Source: Bryobacteraceae bacterium
GTDB lineage: Bacteria > Acidobacteriota > Terriglobia > Bryobacterales > Bryobacteraceae
DNA length: 64,000 bases
Assembly: GCA_035509055.1 (NCBI GenBank)
Contig: DATJMA010000036.1
Coordinates: forward strand, 17,850-81,849
Reading direction: 5' to 3'
Shown here: in pieces, positions 46,792 through 57,231 of the stretch
How positions within the stretch are numbered: position 1 is the first letter of the stretch
Layout: every line of letters begins with the position of its first letter
Notes under the pieces: model-generated
What the model was told of the DNA's origin: nothing
Databases searched by the model: none
The model's input: the letters and a program-made list of their open reading frames with translations, nothing else
Position numbers and translations under genes: made by a program

Positions 46792-47708
46792 ACGTCGACT
46801 CCCGCTTTGCGCATCACCGCCTGGGCGGACTCCAGCCCCAGCCGCGCGCCTTCTTCGGCCGACATTTCCTTGGGAATTCGGCCCAACGGTTCCGGACTCA
46901 CGCTGCCCGCCCAATTCATGGCTTTCAGTGTCCGGAAGATTCCCACGAGGTCGATCACGCCTTCGCCCGCCAGCAAGCGGACGTTGTCCCGAACTTCGTC
47001 CGGCGGCATCTTGGCCGCATCCGAGAGATGCACCAGTTCGATCCGGTCAGCCCCGGTCCGGCGGATATCCGCCAGCGTGGCGCCCGAATGATACCAGTGC
47101 CAGACATCCAGCACGACCCCGAAACTCGCTCCGCACTCGCTGGCAAAATCCACCATCTCGTTCATCTGGTAGATAAATACGTGTTGCGAAGGTGGGCGGA
47201 AATGCAGCGGGCCGAGAAACTCGAAGCCGCAGCGGACGCCATTCTCCGCGAGCACCTTGCCTACAGCCGTGAAGCGCTCCTTGAACGTCCTGCGGAGTTC
47301 ATCCTTGGGAGTCGGACTACTTGGTGGAATCACCACCATCATGCGCCTGCACCCAACCGCCGCGGCGAACTTCACTTTTTCCTCGAAGCTCTCCATGCCG
47401 GTGCGGAATGTCTGATCGTCGCGCGTGGCATTCACCGGTAAATTGCAAAATGAGGGCCTGATCTTCAGTTCGGAGAGCAGTTCCCGCGTGGCATCGACAC
47501 CTTCCTGCATCGCCCTCCCGAGGTCGACGTCCGTCCCGCCGTAACCGACTTTGGCCGCCAACCGGGCGAATTCCGGCCACGACACTTTCCCGCCCACCAG
47601 CGATGTGTTAAGGGCGATGTACATGCCTGACCCGGCACCTCTGAGATTTGCAGCCAATCCCAGAGCCGTCCCGGCGCCAGCCGTTTTGAGAAAATCCCGC
47701 CGTTTCAT
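46788..47708 (-). CDS. xylose isomerase-like TIM-barrel protein (sugar phosphate isomerase/epimerase) with Tat signal
   Basis: MKRRDFLKTAGAGTALGLAANL (twin-Arg). ...FEFLGP..., VLDVWHWYHSG, LVHLSDA. 4-nt convergent overlap with the receptor gene. Confidence 0.8.
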   Translation of the reverse strand: MKRRDFLKTAGAGTALGLAANLRGAGSGMYIALNTSLVGGKVSWPEFARLAAKVGYGGTDVDLGRAMQEGVDATRELLSELKIRPSFCNLPVNATRDDQTFRTGMESFEEKVKFAAAVGCRRMMVVIPPSSPTPKDELRRTFKERFTAVGKVLAENGVRCGFEFLGPLHFRPPSQHVFIYQMNEMVDFASECGASFGVVLDVWHWYHSGATLADIRRTGADRIELVHLSDAAKMPPDEVRDNVRLLAGEGVIDLVGIFRTLKAMNWAGSVSPEPLGRIPKEMSAEEGARLGLESAQAVMRKAGVDV

Positions 47709-47961
47709 AGTTCTTGTCTCATCCTAACGGAAAGCGCTGACGGTCGCTGGTTAGATGGAAGATGCGCCAGCGCGCAGCACCGGAAACTACACCGACGGAA
47801 CGGCGCGCGCGGATGCTCGTTCTCGCCATGAGTCCCGAGGGCAATTTTCAAAGGAGTTTGTCGAGGCGGATGAAATATGGGTAACCTTCGCCTCAAAGGC
47901 ATGTGAGTCCTGGCCCGCTCCACCAGCACCGCCCTATATCCGACCCTGCTAGCATAATCGA

Positions 47962-48960
47962 TTGATCTCCGTGGTGATTGTCACTTGGAATCGTAAAGAT
48001 TTCCTGCGCGCGTGCCTCGCTTCGCTCGCCCGGCAGAAGGGAGTCGAGTTCGAGACCATCGTGGTAGATAACGGTTCCCTGGACGGCTCCGCCGATATGG
48101 CCGAGGCCGAATTCGGCGCGCGCGTGATCAGAAACGTCGCCAATCGAGGCTTCTGCGCCGCCAACAACCAGGGGATTGCTGCCGCGCGGGGAGAATTCGT
48201 GGCCCTTCTGAATAATGACGCGGAAGCCGAGCAGGGGTGGCTGGCCGCGCTCCATCGCGCGTGCCGGCGCGGTTCGGAAATCGGCATGGCGGCCTCGAAG
48301 ATTCTGGTGTGGGAAGATTCGCGCCGCATAGACAAGGCTGGACACCTGATCTATCCCGATGGCCAAAACAAAGGGCGCGGTAGCGGCGCGCTCGATACCG
48401 GCCAGTTCGACCGCGAAGAGGAAGTGTTGTGGCCCGACGGCTGCGCGGCCCTGTATCGCAAGCAGATGCTCGACGAGATCGGCGGCTTCGATGAAGATTT
48501 TTTCGCCTACGGAGACGACGCCGAACTCGGCTTGCGCGCGCGCATCGCGGGCTGGAGATGCATATATACGCCGGAAGCGGTGGTGCGGCATCATCGCGGC
48601 GCGACGCTGGGCAAGGATTCGGCGCGCCGGCTCGAACTGATCGAGCGCAATCGCCTGTTGCTGGCTTACAAATTGTTCCCTTGGAGCCTGTTGTGGCTGA
48701 ACCCTTGGTATTTTGCCGCGCGCCTGCTGGCGGGCGCCGGCGCGGCGTGGCGCGGCGAAGGCGACACGGTCCACTATCCGGGGCTGGCCGGCAAATGGAC
48801 CATGGCGTTGGCGCTCGTCAAGGGAGACTGGGGCGCGCTCAAGCTCCTTCCCCGCATGTTGCGCAAGCGCGCCCAGATTCGCGGCTTGCGAAAGCTTTCG
48901 CCGCGCGAAACGCGGCGCTTGATTCTGGCCAACCGGCTTGCCCTTAGGGAAACGACATGA
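47962..48960 (+). CDS. family 2 glycosyltransferase (GT-A)
   Basis: ISVVIVTWNRKDFLRACLASL...IVVDNGSLDGS, NRGFCAANNQG, LLNNDAE, FFAYGDDAELGLR (GT2/rhamnosyltransferase-like motifs). TTG start at 47962; in-frame GTGs at 47971/47974. Confidence 0.85.
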   Translation: MISVVIVTWNRKDFLRACLASLARQKGVEFETIVVDNGSLDGSADMAEAEFGARVIRNVANRGFCAANNQGIAAARGEFVALLNNDAEAEQGWLAALHRACRRGSEIGMAASKILVWEDSRRIDKAGHLIYPDGQNKGRGSGALDTGQFDREEEVLWPDGCAALYRKQMLDEIGGFDEDFFAYGDDAELGLRARIAGWRCIYTPEAVVRHHRGATLGKDSARRLELIERNRLLLAYKLFPWSLLWLNPWYFAARLLAGAGAAWRGEGDTVHYPGLAGKWTMALALVKGDWGALKLLPRMLRKRAQIRGLRKLSPRETRRLILANRLALRETT

Positions 48961-49901
48961 GCGAATGTCCGATGTGCGGGAGCCAGCGCGGCTCGCTTCT
49001 GTTCCGCCAGACGGACCGCCTCTATCGCACCACCGACCAGCAGTTCGGAGTGGTCCGGTGCGCCCAGTGCCGTCTGATCCGCCTCCACCCGCAGCCCTCG
49101 CCTGAGGAACTCCGCCGATACTATCCGCCCAACTACTGGTTTGCGCCCGATCGCAGCCTGGTGACTCGGCTGGAGGAGTTGTACCGCAGAATCGTGTTGC
49201 GCGGCCACGTCCGATTCGTGGCGCGTGCCCTGCGCGAATCGCTGGTACGCGGTCCCCTGCTAGACGTCGGCTGCGGCGGCGGGCTTTTCCTGGCGATGAT
49301 GCGCCGGCGCGGATTCCCCGTGGTCGGGTTGGATTCGTCTCACGACGCGGCGGCCGCGGCATGGCGCCATCATCGGGTGACCGCGCTGGTAGCCGATCTC
49401 GAACATGCGCCGTTTCGTCCCGGAAGTTTCGCCGGCATCACCATGTCGCACGTGCTGGAACATCTGGCCGATCCCTGCGTTTACCTCGCCGCGGCCCACC
49501 GCCTGCTGGTTCCCAATGGCCGGCTGATCATCTTCGTTCCCAATGCCTCCTCGCTTCAGTTCGCAATTTTCGGCCGCCGCTGGAACGGTCTCGACGTTCC
49601 CCGCCACCTCTTCGATTACCGCGATCGCGACGTCGAGAACATTCTCGACATGATGCGTTTTGCCGTCGTGCGGCGGAGCTATTTTTCACTCCGCGATAAT
49701 CCGGCCGGATTCGCAACCAGCCTCGCGCCGGGCCTCGACCCCATGGCGCGTCGCGTCCGCAAAGTGCCGGAAGGTCCGGCGGGACGGCTGGCCAAAGACC
49801 TGGCACATTTCGCGCTGGTGGCGGCGGCGCTGCCGTTTACCTGGGTGGAAGCCGCGATGGGCGCGGGAAGCACGGTGATCGTTGAGGCGCGGCGTATATG
49901 A
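48957..49901 (+). CDS. class I SAM-dependent methyltransferase with N-terminal Cys4 zinc-ribbon
   Basis: CPMCGS...CAQCRL zinc ribbon. LLDVGCGGGLFL (motif I). FAGITMSHVLEHL. ATGA overlap with the GT2 stop. Confidence 0.8.
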   Translation: MSECPMCGSQRGSLLFRQTDRLYRTTDQQFGVVRCAQCRLIRLHPQPSPEELRRYYPPNYWFAPDRSLVTRLEELYRRIVLRGHVRFVARALRESLVRGPLLDVGCGGGLFLAMMRRRGFPVVGLDSSHDAAAAAWRHHRVTALVADLEHAPFRPGSFAGITMSHVLEHLADPCVYLAAAHRLLVPNGRLIIFVPNASSLQFAIFGRRWNGLDVPRHLFDYRDRDVENILDMMRFAVVRRSYFSLRDNPAGFATSLAPGLDPMARRVRKVPEGPAGRLAKDLAHFALVAAALPFTWVEAAMGAGSTVIVEARRI

Positions 49902-50596
49902 GCTATACCTCGCTGGCCTACCGCCTGCCCAAGCCCCTTCGCCGCCACATTCTGCACTTCGAAGTGGAAATCGAGCAAGCGGTGGAGCGGTTTGCCCGCG
50001 AATTGCCCGGCCGCGCCCGCGTTCTCGACGCTGGCGCGGGCGAAGGGCAATACGCACACTACTTCAAACGGCACCGGTACTGCGGCGTGGACCTGGCGGT
50101 CGGCGACGCCAAATGGAACTACCGGGATCTCGACGCCATTGCCGACTTGGCGGCGCTGCCATTCCAAACCGGCGTGTTCGGCGCGGCAATCAACCTGGTC
50201 ACGCTCGAGCACGTGCGCGAACCGGCGCGAGCGCTGGCGGAAATCGCGCGCACGCTCGAACCCGGCGCCCGGTTACTGGTCGCCGCGCCGCACGAATGGG
50301 AAGTTCACCAGGCGCCGCACGATTACTTCCGTTATACGCGTTACGGCTTGCAATTCCTCTTGGAACAGGCGGGATTCGAGATCATCGAAATCCGCGCCTG
50401 TGGCGGTTATTTCCGCCTGGTCGCGAGGCGCCTGCTCAACGGGCTACAATTCTTTACTGGGGGCTTACGCTGGCTGGGATTCCTGCCTGCCGCGATTCTG
50501 CTGGTTCCCCCGGCGCTGATTCTGCCGTTCCTGGACGCGCTCGACCGCGAACGCAATTTCACAGTTGGATATATTTCGATAGCCCGCAAACGGTGA
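49898..50596 (+). CDS. class I SAM-dependent methyltransferase
   Basis: VLDAGAGEGQY (motif I), FGAAINLVTLEHVREP, GARLLVAAPH. C-terminal hydrophobic segment. ATGA overlap upstream, GTGA overlap downstream. Confidence 0.8.
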   Translation: MSYTSLAYRLPKPLRRHILHFEVEIEQAVERFARELPGRARVLDAGAGEGQYAHYFKRHRYCGVDLAVGDAKWNYRDLDAIADLAALPFQTGVFGAAINLVTLEHVREPARALAEIARTLEPGARLLVAAPHEWEVHQAPHDYFRYTRYGLQFLLEQAGFEIIEIRACGGYFRLVARRLLNGLQFFTGGLRWLGFLPAAILLVPPALILPFLDALDRERNFTVGYISIARKR

Positions 50597-51483
50597 TTTT
50601 TTTGGATGGAGCAATCGTAGTCGATAAACCCGAAGGCTGGACTTCGCACGACGTGGTCGCCAAGGTGCGCGGCATTGCGCGCACCAAGCGCATCGGCCAT
50701 CTCGGCACGCTGGACCCGATCGCGACCGGCGTGCTGCCGCTGGTGATGGAAAAGGCAACCAGGCTCGCGCAATTCTACACGCGCAGCGACAAAATCTACG
50801 AGGGTTTGGTTCGCTTCGGCTGGTCTACCGATTCTTACGACCGCGCCGGCACGCCTGTCGGCGAGCGCCGTGAGGTGCAACTGGACCCCGCGGAACTGGA
50901 GCCGCTGCTCGAAAAATTTCGCGGCCCGATCTGGCAGGCGCCGCCGCCGGTATCCGCCAAGAAAATCGCCGGCAAGCGCGCTTACGATCTGGCGCGCCAG
51001 GCGGTGGCTGTCGAACTGGAAGCGGTGCAGGTGTCGGTGTACGAACTGACGCTTTTGGGTGTCGATGGCTCGCGGGCGCGCCTGCGCGCTCACTGCTCCG
51101 GCGGAACCTACATGCGCTCGCTGGCGCACGATTTGGGCCAGTTCATGGGATGCGGCGCGCACCTCGAAGAACTGCGCCGCACCGCCAGCGCCGAGTTCGA
51201 AATCGGCGAGGCGCGTACTCTCGAGCAATTACAATCCCTGGCCAACGACGGGCGTCTGATCGATGCCATCGTGCCGGCCTCGAAAATGCTGCCGGGGTTC
51301 CCGTCCGTTTACGTCGACGACGTTACGATGGCCCACATCCGTCACGGGCGAAATTTCCCGGCATCGCCCTTCCGCTCAGAAGCCGCCTCGCGTCACGTAA
51401 AGGCACTCTCGCGGCAGGGAGATTTAATCGCGATCGGCGAGGCGGTGCTGCCGAATCTGTACCATCCGGTGGTGGTGTTGTAG
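50593..51483 (+). CDS. truB: tRNA pseudouridine(55) synthase
   Basis: GTG at 50593 (or TTG at 50602) in the frame of ORF 49882..51483: (V)IFLDGAIVVDKPEGWTSHDVVAKVRGIARTKRIGHLGTLDPIATGVLPL (catalytic Asp motif GTLDP). The upstream 237 aa of that ORF overlap the methyltransferases. Confidence 0.9.
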   Translation: MIFLDGAIVVDKPEGWTSHDVVAKVRGIARTKRIGHLGTLDPIATGVLPLVMEKATRLAQFYTRSDKIYEGLVRFGWSTDSYDRAGTPVGERREVQLDPAELEPLLEKFRGPIWQAPPPVSAKKIAGKRAYDLARQAVAVELEAVQVSVYELTLLGVDGSRARLRAHCSGGTYMRSLAHDLGQFMGCGAHLEELRRTASAEFEIGEARTLEQLQSLANDGRLIDAIVPASKMLPGFPSVYVDDVTMAHIRHGRNFPASPFRSEAASRHVKALSRQGDLIAIGEAVLPNLYHPVVVL

Positions 51484-51526
51484 TAGGGAGGGTCCAGGGC
51501 GGAAATTGCCGGCCGCGGAACTCTTC

Positions 51527-53053
51527 TCACTTCGGCGGTATCGCCTCTTCTGAAGTAAACGGCGAGGCGGGCAATCCGTCGCCATTGAACAGATTGATCA
51601 CGGGCGCGTTCGCCCAGCCGTAGCGCACATATTTCGGGTCGGCGACTTGCCCGCTGCTCACCACGACTGTGTTGCCGTCGATCCGCGCCGTGGCGGGCAC
51701 GAACCGTCCGTCGCTCCCGGCGATCTCGAAGCCCTGAAGCTCATCGCCCCTGGCGGCCAGACCGCGGCCGGTGTGATCGAACCACACGCGGATCCCTTCA
51801 CTCTGCGCGGCAGCCTGCCGGAAAATCGGCCCGGCGTACTCGACATGCTCTCCGTAAACCAGCGCGCGCGCGGCAAGCGCGAGACGCGCCCCCACGGTCT
51901 GCTTGTCGGCGGGGTGAACGTTATCGGGATCGCCGATGTCCGTGGTTACCACCATCGCGGTATTGGCAACCTCCAGGGTGCGGCGTTGCGCCTCTCGAAT
52001 GACGGCCCACACTTCGCTGGCGTTCGATTTGAAGCTGGAAATCTGCACGAACAAAAATGGAAAATCACCCTCCTGCCACTGCGCGCGCCAATCGGCGATG
52101 AGCGCGGGAAAGATTCTGGCGTACATGGGAGCAAATGCCAGGCGGCTGTTCGATTCGCCCTGATACCAGATCACGCCCTTGATTCCGTATGCCGTGGCGG
52201 GAGCGACCATGCCGTTGAAGAGCCACGCCGGCGCCCAGGACGCCGGGTCTGGCCGCCATGGATGCGGCGGCGGAGTCTTCCCGGCCTGCCGCGCGGCTTC
52301 GTCTTCGCGCCGTTCCGCGGCCGCAATCAATGCCGCATCGGCCTGCGACTGCATCATCTGCGCCCGCGTGGCGAAGATGGGCATCAGTGCCGCGTCGCGG
52401 GAGATGGCCTCCAGGCTCACCCAGGCTTCCGCCGGCGTCCCTCCCCACGTGGCGTCGATCAGGCCGATGGGCACGTGCTCGTGGGAATTCAAATCGCGTC
52501 CGAAGAAATACGCCGCGGCCGAGAAGTTGGCGGCCGTTTCCGGCGTGCACGCGGTCCACGATGCGTCGATGTTGCGCTGCGGAAAATCGATAGCTTTCTT
52601 GGGGAAGTTGATCAGGCGCAGCTCCGGCTGGTTGGCATGGGCAATTTCCTGCTCCGAATCTTTCAGCGGCGCGCCCGTAAATCCCTTGAGCGGCATTTCC
52701 ATGTTGGATTGACCGGAAGCGAACCAGACATCGCCGATCAGCACATCTTCCAGGATGATTTCGTTCTTGGCGCTCACCGTGAGCCGGTACGGGCCGCCGG
52801 CGCGTTCGGGAGGCAAATAGACGCTCCACGTGCCAAGATCGCTTCCCACCGCCGCGCGCGACACGCCATGCAGTTCTACGGTGATTTTCTCTCCGGGGTC
52901 GGACCAGCCCCAGACGTGAATCGGCCGGTCGCGCTGGAGTACCATATGGCTGCTCAACAGGCCCGGCAGTTTCACTGCGCAACTCGCGACGTGGGCGCCG
53001 GCGGCGAAAAGCGCGGCGGCGGCAAGCGAGCGAAACGGTGTGCGAACGAACAT
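51527..53053 (-). CDS. sialate O-acetylesterase-like carbohydrate esterase (SGNH/DUF303)
   Basis: The ATG at 53053 gives MFVRTPFRSLAAAALFAAGAHVAS signal. HMVLQRDRPIHVWGW, GDVWFASGQSNME (GQSNM catalytic motif), GVIWYQGESN. Confidence 0.8.
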   Translation of the reverse strand: MFVRTPFRSLAAAALFAAGAHVASCAVKLPGLLSSHMVLQRDRPIHVWGWSDPGEKITVELHGVSRAAVGSDLGTWSVYLPPERAGGPYRLTVSAKNEIILEDVLIGDVWFASGQSNMEMPLKGFTGAPLKDSEQEIAHANQPELRLINFPKKAIDFPQRNIDASWTACTPETAANFSAAAYFFGRDLNSHEHVPIGLIDATWGGTPAEAWVSLEAISRDAALMPIFATRAQMMQSQADAALIAAAERREDEAARQAGKTPPPHPWRPDPASWAPAWLFNGMVAPATAYGIKGVIWYQGESNSRLAFAPMYARIFPALIADWRAQWQEGDFPFLFVQISSFKSNASEVWAVIREAQRRTLEVANTAMVVTTDIGDPDNVHPADKQTVGARLALAARALVYGEHVEYAGPIFRQAAAQSEGIRVWFDHTGRGLAARGDELQGFEIAGSDGRFVPATARIDGNTVVVSSGQVADPKYVRYGWANAPVINLFNGDGLPASPFTSEEAIPPK

Positions 53054-53102
53054 AGGCCTATTGTCACGCAAACCGCGGACGCCGATGATATGATCGTCCG
53101 AG

Positions 53103-53468
53103 ATGAAACACAACCCGGGATTCCTGAAGCTCGTGGACGATGCCAAAACCCGTGTGCGGCAGGTCGATATCGAAGGCTATAAGAGGATGCTGGCGGGAGG
53201 CGAGCCACACGTCTTGGTAGATACCCGTGAGGATAACGAGTGGGACAAGGGCCATGTGCAGGGCGCCATCCACCTGAGCCGCGGGATTATCGAGCGGGAC
53301 ATCGAAACGCAATACCCGGATAAGAATACGCCGCTGATTTTGTATTGCGGCGGCGGCTACCGCTCGGCGCTGGTGGCCGACAATCTCCAGAAAATGGGCT
53401 ACGCGAATGCGATTTCGCTCGATGGCGGATGGCGCGCTTTGAAGGAATCCGGGCTGCCGCTGGCGTGA
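53103..53468 (+). CDS. rhodanese-like domain protein
   Basis: LVDTREDNEWDKGHVQGAIHL..., PLILYCGGGYRSALVA (active-site Cys loop CxGGxR). 121 aa. Confidence 0.85.
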   Translation: MKHNPGFLKLVDDAKTRVRQVDIEGYKRMLAGGEPHVLVDTREDNEWDKGHVQGAIHLSRGIIERDIETQYPDKNTPLILYCGGGYRSALVADNLQKMGYANAISLDGGWRALKESGLPLA

Positions 53469-53495
53469 ATCGGCCCGGGGGCCAGCTAGATAGAA

Positions 53496-54476
53496 CTACT
53501 TCCTACCGCCCATCTGCGGCGTGGCGCCGCCGGCGGCATGCTTTTCCATCTGAAAAATCTGCTGGAACTGCGCTTCGGGCAGCGTGACCGTGACATTTAC
53601 GGTAGAACCTTGCGCGCCGATATTGAATCCCTTCGCGATGGTCGCCATTTGGGGATTGTTCTGCGACTGCATCTGCATCAGATTGACGAAGAACTGCAGC
53701 GTGTTCGCGATTTGCGTCGCGTCCGCGGCGTTATCGGACTGAATCGCCAGGCTCCCCACCACGGAGTTTCCGAACTTTACGCCTCCGGCCAATTGCTGAA
53801 CCGTCTGCATGACTCCGGCCATGGGATTGCCCATCGGGTTGCCGCCCGTTGTGCCGCCGGAAGCGCCGGCCATTCCCGCGGGAAGCATCGATGCCAGCGG
53901 CACGGTGGTGACCACCCATCCATCTTCGCTGGTGCTCCACTGGTTAACCTGCCCCAGCACCGCTGACGGTAACGATGGGTTCGAGCCCTGGCGATCGACG
54001 GCGGCTTTGACGCTGGAAAGATCGCCCGCCGCCACCCGGCTGGTGCTGACGAACGCGATGCCCGCTTCCTTGTCTGGCGTTTCAATGATGGTCACTCCAT
54101 TGTAAACTTCCGTGACCGCCCCTTTGGTGGCAGCGAGTGTCGCCAGCGCCGGATCGAAGGTGCCGCGCGCCAGCACGAGACCGCTGGTCCTCACGCCCGT
54201 GGTCGAAGGCGTGGCCACCAGTACCTCGTCTACGTCCCGGGTCGGATCGAATCCAGTCATCTTGACGAGTTGCTGGAGATCCGTATTGTTGGACTGCATC
54301 TGCGTCAACAGGAACACGCCGAACGGGGATTTCTTGGCCGAATCCACGTTGACTCCGGCGATCACCTTGGCATCGGGCATCACCATGCTGAGCAATTGGG
54401 AATCGGCCGGACTGGCGGCAAGGACGCCGGCAAATGTCGTAAAAAGTGTCGTGGTGGTGAGGATTCGTGCGTTCAT
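53496..54476 (-). CDS. hypothetical secreted protein
   Basis: N-terminal signal-like MNARILTTTTLFTTFAGVLAASPA. Coding-like composition over 326 aa. Gly/Met-rich internal loop (GMAGASGGTTGGNPMGNPMAGVM). No family recognised. Confidence 0.6.
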   Translation of the reverse strand: MNARILTTTTLFTTFAGVLAASPADSQLLSMVMPDAKVIAGVNVDSAKKSPFGVFLLTQMQSNNTDLQQLVKMTGFDPTRDVDEVLVATPSTTGVRTSGLVLARGTFDPALATLAATKGAVTEVYNGVTIIETPDKEAGIAFVSTSRVAAGDLSSVKAAVDRQGSNPSLPSAVLGQVNQWSTSEDGWVVTTVPLASMLPAGMAGASGGTTGGNPMGNPMAGVMQTVQQLAGGVKFGNSVVGSLAIQSDNAADATQIANTLQFFVNLMQMQSQNNPQMATIAKGFNIGAQGSTVNVTVTLPEAQFQQIFQMEKHAAGGATPQMGGRK

Positions 54477-54506
54477 AACACTCAGGACGGGGGGCTTTTC
54501 TCTTTA

Positions 54507-55622
54507 TTAGCATCCGGGTTTATCGGGAGGGATGGGAACCTGCTCGACCACTTCGATGCCGAAACCCTCGAGAGCCACGATTTTCCGTGGGTGATTGGTG
54601 AGCAGACGGATGGTATGCAGCCCCAGGTCGGACAAAATCTGCGCACCCAAGCCGTGTTCGTGCTGTAGTTGCCGCTGCCCGGCTGCCTCCTTATAATGCA
54701 GGAACTCGCGGGTGTGATCGATGCGAAGACCGGAACCGGTGCCGTGGAGATAAACCAGGACCCCCGCGCCTTCCTCGGCGATGCAGCGCAGCGAGCGAGC
54801 TACCAGCCGATGGCAATCGCAATCCCGGGAGCCGAAAACGTCACCATAGAGACAGCGGGAATGCATGCGAACCAGGACGCGTTCCGCGCCGGCCACCTGG
54901 CCGTGCACGAGCACCATGTGGTGCTCGGGGTTGAGGTCGCTCGAGTACGTGATGGTGCGGAACTGGCCTGCGTCGTTGTGGAGTGTGCCTTCGGCCACCC
55001 GGCGCACGAACTTTTCGTGCTTCATGCGGTATCGGATGATCTCCGCCACGGAGATCATCTTCATACCGTGGCGCGCGCAGAATTCCACCAACTGTGGCAC
55101 GCGCGCCATGGTGCCATCCTCGTTCATGATTTCGCAGATCACGCCGGCGGGAGCGAGCCCCGCGAGGCGTGCCAGATCGACGGCGGCCTCGGTTTGGCCG
55201 GCGCGCACCAGGACGCCGCCTTCGCGCGCGCGGAGGGGGAAAATGTGGCCCGGACGTGCCAGATCGGAGGGCCGGCACGCCGGATCGATGGCGGTGAGGA
55301 TGGTGCGGGTGCGGTCGGCAGCGGAAATTCCCGTGGTGACGCCTTCGCGGGCGTCGATTGCCTCGGTGAAAGCGGTGCCGAACGTCGAGGTGTTGTGCGG
55401 GCTCATCAACGGCAGGCGAAGGTAATCGCAGCGCTCGGCCGTGAGGGCCAGGCAAATCAGTCCCCGGCCGTGAGTGGCCATGAAATTGATGATTTCGGGG
55501 GTGATTTTCTCCGCGGCGACGGTGAGGTCGCCTTCATTTTCGCGGTCCTCGTCATCGACGACGATCAGCATGCGGCCGGCGCGGATCTCCTCCACGGCTT
55601 GCGGTACCGGGACGAAAGGCAT
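54507..55622 (-). CDS. ribBA: bifunctional-type RibBA (DHBP synthase + GTP cyclohydrolase II-like C-terminal domain)
   Basis: [40 protein letters not shown] (RibB). C-terminal domain [17 protein letters not shown] (zinc site) with a divergent remainder. Confidence 0.85.
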   Translation of the reverse strand: MPFVPVPQAVEEIRAGRMLIVVDDEDRENEGDLTVAAEKITPEIINFMATHGRGLICLALTAERCDYLRLPLMSPHNTSTFGTAFTEAIDAREGVTTGISAADRTRTILTAIDPACRPSDLARPGHIFPLRAREGGVLVRAGQTEAAVDLARLAGLAPAGVICEIMNEDGTMARVPQLVEFCARHGMKMISVAEIIRYRMKHEKFVRRVAEGTLHNDAGQFRTITYSSDLNPEHHMVLVHGQVAGAERVLVRMHSRCLYGDVFGSRDCDCHRLVARSLRCIAEEGAGVLVYLHGTGSGLRIDHTREFLHYKEAAGQRQLQHEHGLGAQILSDLGLHTIRLLTNHPRKIVALEGFGIEVVEQVPIPPDKPGC

Positions 55623-55671
55623 GCTTTATTGTATCGGGCAATTCAGAGCGGGCGATCCGGCGTTAGCCGCC

Positions 55672-56118
55672 TTACTCCACGGAGCATTTCTGCTCGCGCG
55701 CGGCTCGCGTCGCCAACTCGTCGCAGCGGTTGTTGTCGGCATGCGAATCGTGGCCCTTCGTCCAAACCCAGTTCGTCTTGTGCCGCGCCGCCTGTTCATC
55801 CAATGCCAGCCACAGGTCTTTATTCACCACCGGCTTCTTGGTGGCTGTAACCCAGCCCTTCTTTTTCCACCCATGAATCCAGGTCGTGATTCCGTTCTTG
55901 AGATACTCCGAATCGGTAACGATTTCGGCCTCGCAGCTTTCTTTCAATGCCCGCAATCCTTCAATCGCCGCCGTGATTTCCATGCGGTTGTTGGTGGTAT
56001 GCGGCGCGCATCCCCAGATCTCCTTCTTGTGGCTGTTGTACCGCAGGATGGCGGCCCATCCGCCCGGTCCGGGATTGCCGGAGCAGGCGCCGTCGGTGAT
56101 GATCTGAACCTTTTTCAC
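55672..56118 (-). CDS. rnhA: ribonuclease HI
   Basis: GTG at 56118: (M)[26 protein letters not shown]..., [45 protein letters not shown] overlap with the dus stop. Confidence 0.9.
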   Translation of the reverse strand: MKKVQIITDGACSGNPGPGGWAAILRYNSHKKEIWGCAPHTTNNRMEITAAIEGLRALKESCEAEIVTDSEYLKNGITTWIHGWKKKGWVTATKKPVVNKDLWLALDEQAARHKTNWVWTKGHDSHADNNRCDELATRAAREQKCSVE

Positions 56119-57125
56119 TGCGCCAGCACCGGCTCGCCCGCAAAGAAACTGTCCACTAAGTCGAGAATGGCCGCTGCCTCCTGCGCATGATAGATCGATG
56201 CCCGCAATTGCGCTCCGTGGCGTACACCGTGCGTGAAGTAAGTGGCAAACTGCTTCATTTTGCCGATGCAGTCCCGTTCCCCGCGATCCATCAGCATGGC
56301 GTAATATTGGCGCATCATCTGGTAGCGATCTTGCTGCGTCGCTTGGGTCCAAGTGCCGGTGGCAACATATTCTTCGATCTGCCGGAAGATCCACGGATTG
56401 GCGCTGGCGGCCCGGCCGATCATTACCGCGTCGCAGCCGGTCTCGTCCACCATGCGGACCGCGTCCTCGGGCGTTACGATATCGCCGTTGCCGATAACCG
56501 GAATCCTCACCGCAGCCTTTACTTCGGCAATCCGCGTCCAATCGGCTTTGCCGCTGTAGCCCTGCTCCCGAGTTCGCGGATGGAGCGCGATGGCCTGCAA
56601 GCCGCAGTCCTCGGCGAGCCGCGCCATTTGCACCGCGACCAGTTCGCGATCGCTCCAGCCCGCCCGGAATTTCATGGTGAACGGGATGGTGAGCACTTTG
56701 CGCACCTCGCGCAGCAGGCGCTCCACCAACGGCAGATCGCGAAGCAACCCCGAACCGCCGTTGCACTTCACTACCTTATTCACCGGACAGCCGAAATTGA
56801 TGTCGAGGATATCGAAGCCCAGGTCCTGGCAGACCCGGGCGGCCTCGGCCATCACCGCCGGGTCGCTGCCGAAAAGCTGCGCCGAAATGGGGTGCTCTTC
56901 CGGTTCGAACGCCAGATATTTCAGGGTCTTGCTCGGCTTGCGCGCGCCCAGCGAGGCGCTTACGCCGTGCGAGCTGGTGAACTCCGTCATGATCAGGCCG
57001 CACCCGCCCAAGCTGCGGATAAAACGGCGGAATACCGTGTCCGTGACCCCCGCCATCGGCGCCAGGACGGTGGCTGGCGCAATCTTCACCGGTCCGATTG
57101 AGAAATGGGAAGGAAACAAACTCAT
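56115..57125 (-). CDS. tRNA dihydrouridine synthase (DusB-like)
   Basis: The ATG at 57125 gives [35 protein letters not shown]..., [29 protein letters not shown]. Confidence 0.85.
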   Translation of the reverse strand: MSLFPSHFSIGPVKIAPATVLAPMAGVTDTVFRRFIRSLGGCGLIMTEFTSSHGVSASLGARKPSKTLKYLAFEPEEHPISAQLFGSDPAVMAEAARVCQDLGFDILDINFGCPVNKVVKCNGGSGLLRDLPLVERLLREVRKVLTIPFTMKFRAGWSDRELVAVQMARLAEDCGLQAIALHPRTREQGYSGKADWTRIAEVKAAVRIPVIGNGDIVTPEDAVRMVDETGCDAVMIGRAASANPWIFRQIEEYVATGTWTQATQQDRYQMMRQYYAMLMDRGERDCIGKMKQFATYFTHGVRHGAQLRASIYHAQEAAAILDLVDSFFAGEPVLAQ

Positions 57126-57231
57126 ACCTTGCGGGTTGTATTCAGTATAACTAACGCCGCGGTACCGGACGCCAGGACCTCTGGTAACGCGCGTGTCGCT
57201 GCGTGCATCATTAGTGCTAGGGCGGGACGGG

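Noticed and set aside
47755-47952. 65-aa ORF in the divergent intergenic region between the TIM-barrel gene and the GT2 gene
   Set aside because: No SD, poor codon bias, no motif. The region is more plausibly promoter DNA for the two divergent genes.
55623-55671. FMN riboswitch upstream of ribBA
   Set aside because: Only 49 nt separate ribBA from the end of rnhA, too short for an FMN element (well over 100 nt). No conserved FMN-box sequence was seen.
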